Source: an uncultured Alphaproteobacteria bacterium
GTDB lineage: Bacteria > Pseudomonadota > Alphaproteobacteria > HIMB59 > GCA-002718135
NCBI GenBank assembly: GCA_902587565.1
Contig: CACILT010000002.1
Span: forward strand, 2,396 to 66,395
DNA length: 64,000 nucleotides
Reading direction: 5' to 3'
The position numbers and the translations under genes are program-made. Numbering within the stretch: the first letter of the stretch is position 1; every line of letters begins with the position of its first letter. The notes beneath the pieces are model-generated. The model was not told the origin of the DNA, ran no database searches, and saw only the letters and a program-made list of their open reading frames with translations. This document shows positions 34,856 to 43,343 of this stretch, one piece after another.

Positions 34856-35230
34856 TTATTTTAGTTCTACTTTTGCACCAGCTGCTTCAAGCGCTTTTTT
34901 CATAGCATCAGCATCTTCTTTTTTTACACCCTGCTTTAGGGGTTTTGGTGCACCCTCAACTAAGTCTTTTGCCTCTTTAAGACCCAGTCCAGTAATAGTT
35001 CTTACTTCTTTAATAACAGCAATTTTATTGCTTCCAGATTCAGCAAGAACTAAATCAAATTCTGATTTTTCTTCCGCAGGTGCTTCTCCAGCAGATGCAG
35101 GTGCTGCCGCAACGGCAACAGGTGCTGCTGCTGATACACCCCATTTTTCCTCAAGCAATTTACTTAATTCTGCTGCTTCGAGTACAGTTAAAGAAGATAA
35201 ATCCTCAACTATTTTATTTAAATCAGCCAT
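34856..35230 (-). CDS. rplL: 50S ribosomal protein L7/L12
   Basis: [35 protein letters not shown]. Confidence 0.98.
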   Translation of the reverse strand: MADLNKIVEDLSSLTVLEAAELSKLLEEKWGVSAAAPVAVAAAPASAGEAPAEEKSEFDLVLAESGSNKIAVIKEVRTITGLGLKEAKDLVEGAPKPLKQGVKKEDADAMKKALEAAGAKVELK

Positions 35231-35247
35231 TTTTTCTCCTTATATAC

Positions 35248-35769
35248 CTAGTTCGACTCTTGTGAATTGCTACTATTAGAAGCTATAAGTCTAGCAATCT
35301 GACTACCTGGCTCTATCATAATCGATGCTACATTTTGAGCTGGTGAAGATATAATACTAATAATTTTAGCTCTCAATTCATCTAAAGAAGGCAGTTTAGC
35401 GAGAAAATCAATTTTACTTTTATCTATTTTTTCACCATTATAACCACCGCCAATAATTTTAAAATTTTCCAATTTTTTTTCAAAACTAACTGCAACTTTT
35501 GCTGGTGCAACTGGATCAGTTGAATAAGCTATTGCAGTTGGTCCGACAAATAAATCAGCTATTTCTTTAAATTGAGTTTCAGCTATAGCAATTTTTGTGA
35601 GTCTGTTCTTAGTTACTTTAAATTTTGCTCCATTTGCCCTCATCTCTTTTCTCAAACTTTCAGTTTCACTAACAGTTATTCCTGAGTAATGAGCAACTAT
35701 TACTGATGAAGCTTGCGAAAAGTCATTCTTCAAATCAGATACAAAATTTTCTTTTTCAGAACGTTTCAC
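35248..35769 (-). CDS. rplJ: 50S ribosomal protein L10
   Basis: VTKNRL, GPTAIA, LAKLPSLDELRAK; GTG start with GAGG SD. Confidence 0.96.
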   Translation of the reverse strand: MKRSEKENFVSDLKNDFSQASSVIVAHYSGITVSETESLRKEMRANGAKFKVTKNRLTKIAIAETQFKEIADLFVGPTAIAYSTDPVAPAKVAVSFEKKLENFKIIGGGYNGEKIDKSKIDFLAKLPSLDELRAKIISIISSPAQNVASIMIEPGSQIARLIASNSSNSQESN

Positions 35770-35785
35770 GTCAACCTCGGTTTAT

Positions 35786-35940
35786 ATTAGGTTTTAAAAA
35801 CCTAATGTTAGCTGAGAATAATTTGCTCATCAAATTATTCTCTGCCTGTCAAGAAGCAAATCAATGACTTACTTCAGTCTATGCAGGATATTAAGCATTA
35901 AGCTCCTGCAGTCTTTGACAGGTGATGATCAAAGATCATC
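35786..35940 (-). ncRNA. rplJL (L10) autoregulatory leader RNA
   Basis: Minus-strand core AAGACTGCAGG...TTAA...CCTGCATAGAC (35877-35915) matches the proteobacterial L10-binding leader pattern. It is enclosed by CCTGTCAA/TTGACAGG and flanked by three more hairpins. Confidence 0.8.
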
Positions 35941-35951
35941 CTTGGACAAAA

Positions 35952-36641
35952 TTAACGAAGACTTGCTTGGTTAATTTGAAGTCCAATTCCCATAGTTGAA
36001 GCTATGGTAACCTTTTTAATAAAAGATCCCTTGACTGTATCGGGTTTACTTTTAATTAGTGAGGAGTAAAAGTATTTTAAATTTTCAATTAATTCCTCTT
36101 CTTTGAAATTTAGTTTTCCAATTCCAGCATGAACAATGCCAGACTTATCATTTTTAAATGTAATTTGACCAGATTTAGCATTCTTTACGGATGTTGCAAT
36201 ATCATTTGTAACTGTACCAAGTTTAGGATTTGGCATTAAGCCCTTAGGACCGAGTATTTTAGCAACTTTACCAAGTTTGGACATCATATCTGGTGTTGCA
36301 ATCAAGATATCAAAATTAATATTATTTTTTTCAACCTGATGAATAATATCATCACCACCAACTAAATCAGCATCATTACTTTTTGCATCGTTTACTTTAT
36401 CTTCAGAGCATATTACAGCTACATTAACTTGTTTTCCTGTTCCATTTGGAAGATTCATTACACCTTTTACATTTTGTTCGGTTTTATTTGAGTCAATTCC
36501 TAGATTAACTGCTACTTCAAGTGTTTCGTTAAATTTAACAAAAGACCTCTCTTTTAATAATTTAAGTGCTTCTTCTGGTTCATAAATTTTATTGAAAGTA
36601 ATGTTCTCTATCATTGTCTTTCTGTTTTTAGAATTTTTCAT
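35952..36641 (-). CDS. rplA: 50S ribosomal protein L1
   Basis: LPNGTGK, LGPKGLMPNPKLGTVT, STMG. Confidence 0.97.
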   Translation of the reverse strand: MKNSKNRKTMIENITFNKIYEPEEALKLLKERSFVKFNETLEVAVNLGIDSNKTEQNVKGVMNLPNGTGKQVNVAVICSEDKVNDAKSNDADLVGGDDIIHQVEKNNINFDILIATPDMMSKLGKVAKILGPKGLMPNPKLGTVTNDIATSVKNAKSGQITFKNDKSGIVHAGIGKLNFKEEELIENLKYFYSSLIKSKPDTVKGSFIKKVTIASTMGIGLQINQASLR

Positions 36642-37069
36642 TACCCTACAACCTCCATACCCATTGAAACTGCTGAACCTTTAACCATGTTTACAGCACC
36701 TTTTAAGTCTACTGCATTAAGATCGTTCATTTTCTGTTTAGCAATTTCTTCAATATCTTTCGAAGAAACTTTACCAACCAATGTTCTACCAGGAGTTGAG
36801 TTTCCTTTTTTTATCTTTGCAGCTTTTTTTAAGTAGTAACTGACTGGCGGGAGCTTAGTTACAAAATCAAAACTCCTGTCTTTATATGCTGTTATAATTA
36901 CTGGGATAGGTGCTCCTTTTTCAATATCTTTAGTTTTTTCATTGAATGCTTTACAAAAATCCATGATATTAAGACCTCTTTGACCTAAGGCTGGTCCCAC
37001 CGGTGGTGAAGGGTTTGCTCCTCCTGCAGGAATTTGCAGTTTAATAAGTCCTAGTACTTCTTTTGCCAT
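36641..37069 (-). CDS. rplK: 50S ribosomal protein L11
   Basis: [18 protein letters not shown]. Confidence 0.98.
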   Translation of the reverse strand: MAKEVLGLIKLQIPAGGANPSPPVGPALGQRGLNIMDFCKAFNEKTKDIEKGAPIPVIITAYKDRSFDFVTKLPPVSYYLKKAAKIKKGNSTPGRTLVGKVSSKDIEEIAKQKMNDLNAVDLKGAVNMVKGSAVSMGMEVVG

Positions 37070-37075
37070 ATTTAC

Positions 37076-37609
37076 CTACGCTTTCTCGACCTGGGAATAG
37101 TCAAGGTCAACAGGAGTTGATCTTCCAAAAATTGAAACCGCAACTCTTAACCTTGCTTTATCTTCATCTATTTGTTCAATTTCACCATTGAAAGAGGCAA
37201 ATGGACCATCAATTACCTTAACTTGTTCACCAATATCATACATTACTGCAGGTCGTGATTTTTCCACACCATCAATTACTTGTTCCGATATTCTTTTAGC
37301 TTCAGCATTACTGATTGGAATTGGTTTACCTTTATTACCTAAAAAACCACTTAATTTTGGAGTTGTTTTAATTATATGCCATGTATCATCATTCAAATTC
37401 ATTTTTATTAAGATATAACCTGGAAATATTTTTCTTTCAGTATTAACTCTCACGCCTCTTTTTACTTCGACTATATTTTGAGTTGGAACAGAAATCTCTT
37501 CGATATGCTCTTTTATTCCAAGTTTATTAGCTTGGTCTAAAATACTTTCCGCTACTTTTTTTTCATATCCCGAGTATGCATGTAATACGTACCATCTATG
37601 TTGACCCAT
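37076..37609 (-). CDS. nusG: Transcription termination/antitermination factor NusG
   Basis: WYVLHAYSGYE, FPGYIL, KOW GPFASF, IFGRSTP. Confidence 0.98.
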   Translation of the reverse strand: MGQHRWYVLHAYSGYEKKVAESILDQANKLGIKEHIEEISVPTQNIVEVKRGVRVNTERKIFPGYILIKMNLNDDTWHIIKTTPKLSGFLGNKGKPIPISNAEAKRISEQVIDGVEKSRPAVMYDIGEQVKVIDGPFASFNGEIEQIDEDKARLRVAVSIFGRSTPVDLDYSQVEKA

Positions 37610-37610
37610 A

Positions 37611-37829
37611 TTAAAAACCTGTACCTATCTCAATCACTTTTCTAATTGAAAATGACCATATTTGATCTGTTAACAGAAAGAACAACGAAAATAAAATGAT
37701 CAACAAAATTACAATCGCGGAAGAAATAAAAGTATCTCTTCTTTCAGGCCATGTAACTTTTTGCAACTCTTGTCTTACTTGTCTTACAAAAAGAGCTGGT
37801 GATGTTTTTTTCTTCTGTATGTTATTCAT
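37611..37829 (-). CDS. secE: Preprotein translocase SecE
   Basis: ELQKVTWP plus one TM helix; lies between tRNA-Trp and nusG. Confidence 0.95.
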   Translation of the reverse strand: MNNIQKKKTSPALFVRQVRQELQKVTWPERRDTFISSAIVILLIILFSLFFLLTDQIWSFSIRKVIEIGTGF

Positions 37830-37842
37830 TTTAACCTTTTTT

Positions 37843-37918
37843 TGGCAGGAGTGGCAGGACTTGAACCCGCAGCCCCCGGTTTTGGAGACCGGTGCTCTAC
37901 CAGTTGAGCTACACTCCT
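37843..37918 (-). tRNA. tRNA-Trp(CCA)
   Basis: AGGAGTG acceptor, CCGGT-CTCCAAA-ACCGG anticodon arm, encoded CCA end. Confidence 0.97.
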
Positions 37919-37954
37919 AAAATGTAAAACTAAATGATAGAGCAGTCTCAAAAA

Positions 37955-39145
37955 CTATTCAATAATTTCTGCAACAACTCCGGCACCAACAGTTCTTCCG
38001 CCTTCTCTTATTGCAAACTTAAGACCTTTATCCATCGCAATAGGCGATAAAAGTGTAACTTCCATTGCAATGTTATCACCAGGCATAACCATTTCTGTAC
38101 CTTCTGGAAGCTTAATTGTTCCAGTCACATCTGTAGTTCTAAAATAAAACTGAGGTCTATAGTTTGAGAAGAAAGGTGTATGTCTACCTCCCTCTTCTTT
38201 TTTCAAAACATATGCCTCTGCCTTAAATTTTGTATGAGGTTTGATTGATCCAGGTTTTGCTAATACTTGACCACGTTCAACTTCCTCTCTTTTTGTACCA
38301 CGAAGAAGAACACCAACGTTATCTCCTGCTTCACCAGAGTCTAGAAGTTTTCTAAACATCTCAACTCCAGTACAAGTTGTTTTTTGAGGTTCTCTTATTC
38401 CTAGGATTTCAATTTCTTCTCCAACTTTAACTTGGCCTTGTTCAATTCTTCCAGTTACAACTGTACCTCTTCCAGAAATTGAAAATACATCTTCAACTGG
38501 CATTAAGAAAGGTTGATCTACAGGACGGCTAGGTTGTGGTATATGTTCATCAACTGCTTTCATTAACTCCATAATTGAATTTTTTCCAATTTCATCGTCT
38601 CTACCTTCAAGAGCTGCTAAAGCTGAACCCTTAATGATTGGGATAGTATCACCTGGGAATTCATATGAAGTTAGAAGCTCTCTAATTTCCATCTCAACTA
38701 AATCGATTAATTCTTTGTCATCTACTTGATCAACTTTGTTCATGTAAACAACGAGAGCAGGTACACCTACCTGTCTAGCTAAAAGTATGTGTTCTCTTGT
38801 TTGAGGCATTGGTCCGTCGGCTGCATTCACAACTAATATACCGCCATCCATTTGAGCTGCACCAGTGATCATGTTCTTAACATAATCTGCGTGTCCAGGA
38901 CAATCTACGTGAGCATAATGTCTTGCTTCAGTTTCATATTCAACGTGTGCAGTAGATATTGTAATACCACGTTCTCTTTCTTCAGGTGCTTTGTCAATAT
39001 TTGCGTAATCTGTAAATTCTGCTCCACCTGACTCTGCTAATATTTTTGTTATAGCAGCAGTTAATGTTGTTTTGCCATGGTCAACGTGACCAACAGTACC
39101 TATGTTACAATGCGGTTTGTTTCTTTCGAATTTTGCTTTAGCCAT
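37955..39145 (-). CDS. tuf: Elongation factor Tu
   Basis: [31 protein letters not shown]. Confidence 0.99.
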   Translation of the reverse strand: MAKAKFERNKPHCNIGTVGHVDHGKTTLTAAITKILAESGGAEFTDYANIDKAPEERERGITISTAHVEYETEARHYAHVDCPGHADYVKNMITGAAQMDGGILVVNAADGPMPQTREHILLARQVGVPALVVYMNKVDQVDDKELIDLVEMEIRELLTSYEFPGDTIPIIKGSALAALEGRDDEIGKNSIMELMKAVDEHIPQPSRPVDQPFLMPVEDVFSISGRGTVVTGRIEQGQVKVGEEIEILGIREPQKTTCTGVEMFRKLLDSGEAGDNVGVLLRGTKREEVERGQVLAKPGSIKPHTKFKAEAYVLKKEEGGRHTPFFSNYRPQFYFRTTDVTGTIKLPEGTEMVMPGDNIAMEVTLLSPIAMDKGLKFAIREGGRTVGAGVVAEIIE

Positions 39146-39171
39146 TTTTTTACCCCAATAATAATTTGTTA

Positions 39172-39245
39172 TGGAGCGGGTGAAGGGAATCGAACCCTCG
39201 TAGCCAGCTTGGAAGGCTGGAGCTTTACCACTAAGCTACACCCGC
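39172..39245 (-). tRNA. tRNA-Gly(TCC)
   Basis: GCGGGTG acceptor, CCAGC-CTTCCAA-GCTGG anticodon arm, CCA end. Confidence 0.97.
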
Positions 39246-39303
39246 AACTAAACTGACTGCTTCACACACTCACTTTAATGCTTTCATCCCATTACCTCCA
39301 TAA

Positions 39304-39389
39304 TGGTGGAGGGGGTAGGATTCGAACCTACGTACGCTCACGCGGGCGGATTTACAGTCCGCTGCCTTTAACCACTCGACCACCCCTCC
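39304..39389 (-). tRNA. tRNA-Tyr(GTA)
   Basis: GGAGGGG acceptor, GCGGA-CTGTAAA-TCCGC anticodon arm, long variable arm, CCA end. Confidence 0.97.
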
Positions 39390-39404
39390 ATTTGAAGAAG
39401 TTGG

Positions 39405-39434
39405 CCAATACTAATAAATTAGTATACATGTCAA
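39405..39434 (-). promoter_or_regulatory. Putative promoter of the tRNA-Tyr-Gly-tuf operon
   Basis: Consensus TTGACA at 39429-39434 upstream of tRNA-Tyr. The -10 is ambiguous (TAGTAT or TATTGG). Confidence 0.45.
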
Positions 39435-39559
39435 TCTAAAACAGCAACTTCACCTTTGCAAAATACGTATACTCGTAAAAGCAACGGCCTTTTAGACAAA
39501 AAATGCCATTTTGTACATATCTAGATTGTATTAATTATACAAATCTGTGATATTAAACC

Positions 39560-40321
39560 ATGAGTAAGTTTAGAAATAATAAATCTAATAAAAACCCAGG
39601 AATTCATACGATTTTTGGTCAACATTCTGTTAAGGCAGCCCTCCAAAATGATAAAAGAGAGAATATTGAGCTTATAATTAGTAAAAATCAGACTAATTTT
39701 GCCAAAAAATATGAATCTAATATACAAAAAATTACCATTCTTCCTCAAAATGAATTCACAAGAAGATTTGGAAACGAAAACACAACGCAGGGAGTAGTTC
39801 TAAAAACAAAAGATCTTACTTGGCCAGGTTTAGAAGAATTTGTAAAATTAGAAAGTAAGAAATCAAAATCAGTAATATTAATTTTAGATCAAGTAACTGA
39901 CCCTCAAAATATTGGCTCAATAATGAGATCATGTGCATTATTTGATTGTGAAGGAATTATAGTTGGCAAAGATAATTCACCAGAACTTACTTCATCACTT
40001 TATAAATCAGCTTCCGGTGCCGCAGAAATTGTAAATTATATTAGAGTGACAAATATTAGAAGAGCTATTTCTTTTCTTAAAAAAAATAATTATTGGATTT
40101 ATGGCTTTGACAGTTCAAAAAATAAAAATTCAAAATTAAATTTTTCACAAAAATCAGTATTAGTTTTTGGTTCTGAAGGAAAAGGTATTAGAGAGTTAGT
40201 AAAAAAAGAATGTGACGAAATAATTCAGATAAACATGAAAAATAATTTAAAATTTGAAATTGATAGTTTGAATGTTTCTAACGCAACATCGATTGCTTTA
40301 TATCACTTTTACTCAATTTAA
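39560..40321 (+). CDS. rlmB: 23S rRNA (Gm2251) 2'-O-methyltransferase RlmB (TrmH/SpoU family)
   Basis: LDQVTDPQNIGSIMRS, GSEGKG, SLNVS SPOUT motifs; usual position divergent from tRNA-Tyr. Confidence 0.88.
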   Translation: MSKFRNNKSNKNPGIHTIFGQHSVKAALQNDKRENIELIISKNQTNFAKKYESNIQKITILPQNEFTRRFGNENTTQGVVLKTKDLTWPGLEEFVKLESKKSKSVILILDQVTDPQNIGSIMRSCALFDCEGIIVGKDNSPELTSSLYKSASGAAEIVNYIRVTNIRRAISFLKKNNYWIYGFDSSKNKNSKLNFSQKSVLVFGSEGKGIRELVKKECDEIIQINMKNNLKFEIDSLNVSNATSIALYHFYSI

Positions 40322-40333
40322 ATATTAGTAAGG

Positions 40334-40409
<76 letters not shown>

Positions 40410-40459
40410 ATAAATCTTGCATTTATATTAAATTATAAATTCGACAAGAATTTTATAAA

Positions 40460-40582
40460 TTAAATTCCAGGAATATAAGGAACTCCATCACCTTTTACTC
40501 TTTCGTTTAATTCACTTAATGTAGAGCATGCTGTGATTGGACTAAATACAAGAAATAAAATTATTAATGTTTTCTTAATCAT
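40460..40582 (-). CDS. Small predicted lipoprotein (40 aa)
   Basis: MIKKTLIILFLVFSPITA-CSTLSELNERVKGDGVPYIPGI: basic N-terminus, hydrophobic core, lipobox ITA-C. ATG is 7 nt after the FDH alpha stop and the ORF fills the gap. Confidence 0.7.
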   Translation of the reverse strand: MIKKTLIILFLVFSPITACSTLSELNERVKGDGVPYIPGI

Positions 40583-40589
40583 AAAATAT

Positions 40590-43343
40590 TTATAACTTCT
40601 CAATTTTTGCTGCACAATATTTAAATTCAGGAATTTTTCCATATGGATCTAAAGCTGGATTAGTTAAAAGATTAGCGGCAGATTCATTATAACAAAATGG
40701 AATAAATATGACTCCATCAGGAATCGCTCTGTCTTGCCTTACTCTGATATCTATTGAGCCTCTTCTAGTTGTGACTTTTATTTTATCACCAGCTTTCATA
40801 TTATTTTTAATTATATCTTTAGGTGATATTGAAACCGAAGGCTCTGGTTCAATGGCATCTAAATTTGATGCCTTTCTGGTCATAGCTCCAGTATGCCAAT
40901 GCTCTAATTGCCTTCCTGTGGTTAGTATCATCGCAAATTCTTTATCAGGTACTTCATCTGGTGCAGTAACACTAGCTGGAACAAATTTACCTTTACCATT
41001 TTCATTTGGAAATTTATCACCAAAAACAATTTCATCTCCTGGTGTAGTTGGAGATTTACTTGGATAAGTTACAGAGTTTTCATTTTCTAATCTTTCCCAA
41101 GATATGTTGTTTAATGAAGGCATTGTTAGTGACATTTCTTCATAAATTGCCTTGGGATGTTTGTATTTCCAATCTAAGCCCATTCTTTTTCCAAGTTCGT
41201 TCGTTATCCACCAATCTTCTTTAGCTTCACCTGGAGAGTCTAAAGCTTTTCTTCCCATCTGTACTTGTCTATTAGTATTAGTAACTGTTCCATTTTTTTC
41301 AGGCCATGCCGAAGCTGGGAAAATAACATCTGCATATGTTGCTGTTTCAGTTAAGAAAATATCTTGAACAACTAAATGGTCTAACATTTGTAAAGCTTCT
41401 CTTGCATGATTAAGATCAGGGTCAGACATTGCTGGATTTTCACCAAGTATATACATCCCTTTGATTGTATTCTCATGAATAGCATCCATAATTTCAACAA
41501 CAGTTAGACCTTTTTTATCATCTAAAGGAGTGTTCCAAAGTTTTTCAAAAAAATCTTTATTATTGTCTTTATCAACTAATTGGTAATCAGGATACATCAT
41601 TGGTATAAGACCGGCATCTGACGCTCCTTGAACATTATTTTGTCCTCTTAAAGGATGTAAACCAGATCCTCTTTTTCCAACATTCCCTGTCATTAAAGCT
41701 AGAGAAATTAAACATCTAGCATTGTCGGTACCATGTGTGTGTTGAGAAATTCCCATACCCCAAAAAATTATTCCTTTATTTGTATTGGCATATAAACGTG
41801 CTACTTCTCTTATAAGTTCTGGGTCGATACCTGTTTCGTTTTCCATTATATCAGGTGAATAATTCATTAAATGTTTTCTTAATTTTTCAAATCCTTCAGT
41901 TTGTTTTTTAATATATTCGGAATTAAATAAATTTTCTTCGACAATAACATTCATTATTGAGTTTAAGAGAGCAACGTCAGATCCTGGTTTAAATTGCAAC
42001 ATATGAGTTGCATGTTTTTTTAAAGAATGACCTCTAGGATCCATCACAATTAATTTAGAACCTTTTTTAGCAGCATTCTTAAAAAAAGTTGCTGCAACAG
42101 GATGGTTTTCAGTAGGATTTGCTCCAATGACTATTATCACATCAGAATGTTCAACTTCATAAAATGGAGCAGTAACTGCTCCTGAACCAATAGTTTCCAA
42201 TAACGCAGCTACAGAAGACGCATGACAAAGTCTTGTACAATGATCAACATTGTTTGTATTAAAACCAGTTCTGATCAATTTTTGAAATAGATAAGCTTCT
42301 TCATTTGAACATTTAGCTGATCCAAAACCTGCAAGATTACTCTTACCATTTCTTTGTTTATTAAGTTTTAAAAATCCTTGTGCTGCATAATCTAAAGCTT
42401 CATCCCAAGATGCTTCTCTAAAATATTCATGAATATTCGAAAAATTAATACTTGGGTGTAAGTCTTTTGGTTTATCTTTAATTCTAATCAATGGCTTTGT
42501 AAGTCTTTCTGGATTATTTACATAATCAAAACCAAACCTTCCTTTTACACATAATCTATTCTTGTTTGCAGGACCATCAACACCATTAACATATTTAATT
42601 TTGTTATCTTTTACATTATATTCTATCTGACAACCCACACCACAATAAGGACAAACGCTATCAATTTTTTTATCTACCTTACTATGGCCAACACCATCCT
42701 TATCTACGATGGATGCAGGCATTAATGCTCCAGTTGGACAAGCTTGTACACATTCACCACATGCCACACATGTGCTATCACCCATTGGATCATCAAAATC
42801 AAATACAATTTTAGAATTTTCTCCTCGATATGCCATTCCTATGACATCGTTGACCTGAACTTCTCTACATGCTCTTACACAAAGATTACATTGGATGCAT
42901 GCATCTAGATTTACAGCCATACTAGGATGAGAAACATCTGCCTGACATGACGTTTTTTTTGGAAATCTACTTTCTTTAACTTCAACTTTGTCTATCCATT
43001 TCCAAAAGTCAGAATTATTATCATGAGCAATTTCTTTTTTTGGCTGGTCTGCAAGAAGTAATTCAAAAACTAACTCTCTAGATTTTTTAGCCTTTTCTGA
43101 AGAAGTTTTTACTTTCATACCATCAGTTGGCTTTCTAATACAAGATGCTGCCAACACACGCTCTCCTTCTATTTCAACCATACATGCTCTACAATTTCCA
43201 TCTGCTCTATAGCCAGGTTTATCGGAATAACATAAGTGTGGGATTTCTGTTCCAAGTCTATTTGAAACTTGCCAAATAGTTTCATCAGCATTTGCTTCAA
43301 TTAACTTTTCGTTTAAATAAAATTTTGTTTTCTCTTTAGTCAT
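40590..43343 (-). CDS. fdhF: NAD-dependent formate dehydrogenase alpha subunit (Mo/W-bis-PGD, Fdh1A type)
   Basis: [2Fe-2S] HLC...GNCRAC...SC, two [4Fe-4S] (CIQCNLCVRAC, CVACGECVQACP), CPYCGVGC, active site DHCTRLCHAS (Cys, not Sec), LRGQNNVQG, PEFK C-terminus. Confidence 0.95.
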   Translation of the reverse strand: MTKEKTKFYLNEKLIEANADETIWQVSNRLGTEIPHLCYSDKPGYRADGNCRACMVEIEGERVLAASCIRKPTDGMKVKTSSEKAKKSRELVFELLLADQPKKEIAHDNNSDFWKWIDKVEVKESRFPKKTSCQADVSHPSMAVNLDACIQCNLCVRACREVQVNDVIGMAYRGENSKIVFDFDDPMGDSTCVACGECVQACPTGALMPASIVDKDGVGHSKVDKKIDSVCPYCGVGCQIEYNVKDNKIKYVNGVDGPANKNRLCVKGRFGFDYVNNPERLTKPLIRIKDKPKDLHPSINFSNIHEYFREASWDEALDYAAQGFLKLNKQRNGKSNLAGFGSAKCSNEEAYLFQKLIRTGFNTNNVDHCTRLCHASSVAALLETIGSGAVTAPFYEVEHSDVIIVIGANPTENHPVAATFFKNAAKKGSKLIVMDPRGHSLKKHATHMLQFKPGSDVALLNSIMNVIVEENLFNSEYIKKQTEGFEKLRKHLMNYSPDIMENETGIDPELIREVARLYANTNKGIIFWGMGISQHTHGTDNARCLISLALMTGNVGKRGSGLHPLRGQNNVQGASDAGLIPMMYPDYQLVDKDNNKDFFEKLWNTPLDDKKGLTVVEIMDAIHENTIKGMYILGENPAMSDPDLNHAREALQMLDHLVVQDIFLTETATYADVIFPASAWPEKNGTVTNTNRQVQMGRKALDSPGEAKEDWWITNELGKRMGLDWKYKHPKAIYEEMSLTMPSLNNISWERLENENSVTYPSKSPTTPGDEIVFGDKFPNENGKGKFVPASVTAPDEVPDKEFAMILTTGRQLEHWHTGAMTRKASNLDAIEPEPSVSISPKDIIKNNMKAGDKIKVTTRRGSIDIRVRQDRAIPDGVIFIPFCYNESAANLLTNPALDPYGKIPEFKYCAAKIEKL

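Noticed and set aside
37696-37920. 74-aa plus-strand ORF containing WQEWQDLNPQPPVLETGALP
   Set aside because: Antisense translation of tRNA-Trp and secE, a known spurious ORF type.
42200-42260. Possible selenocysteine in formate dehydrogenase
   Set aside because: The active-site codon is TGT (Cys) in an uninterrupted ORF; there is no in-frame TGA.
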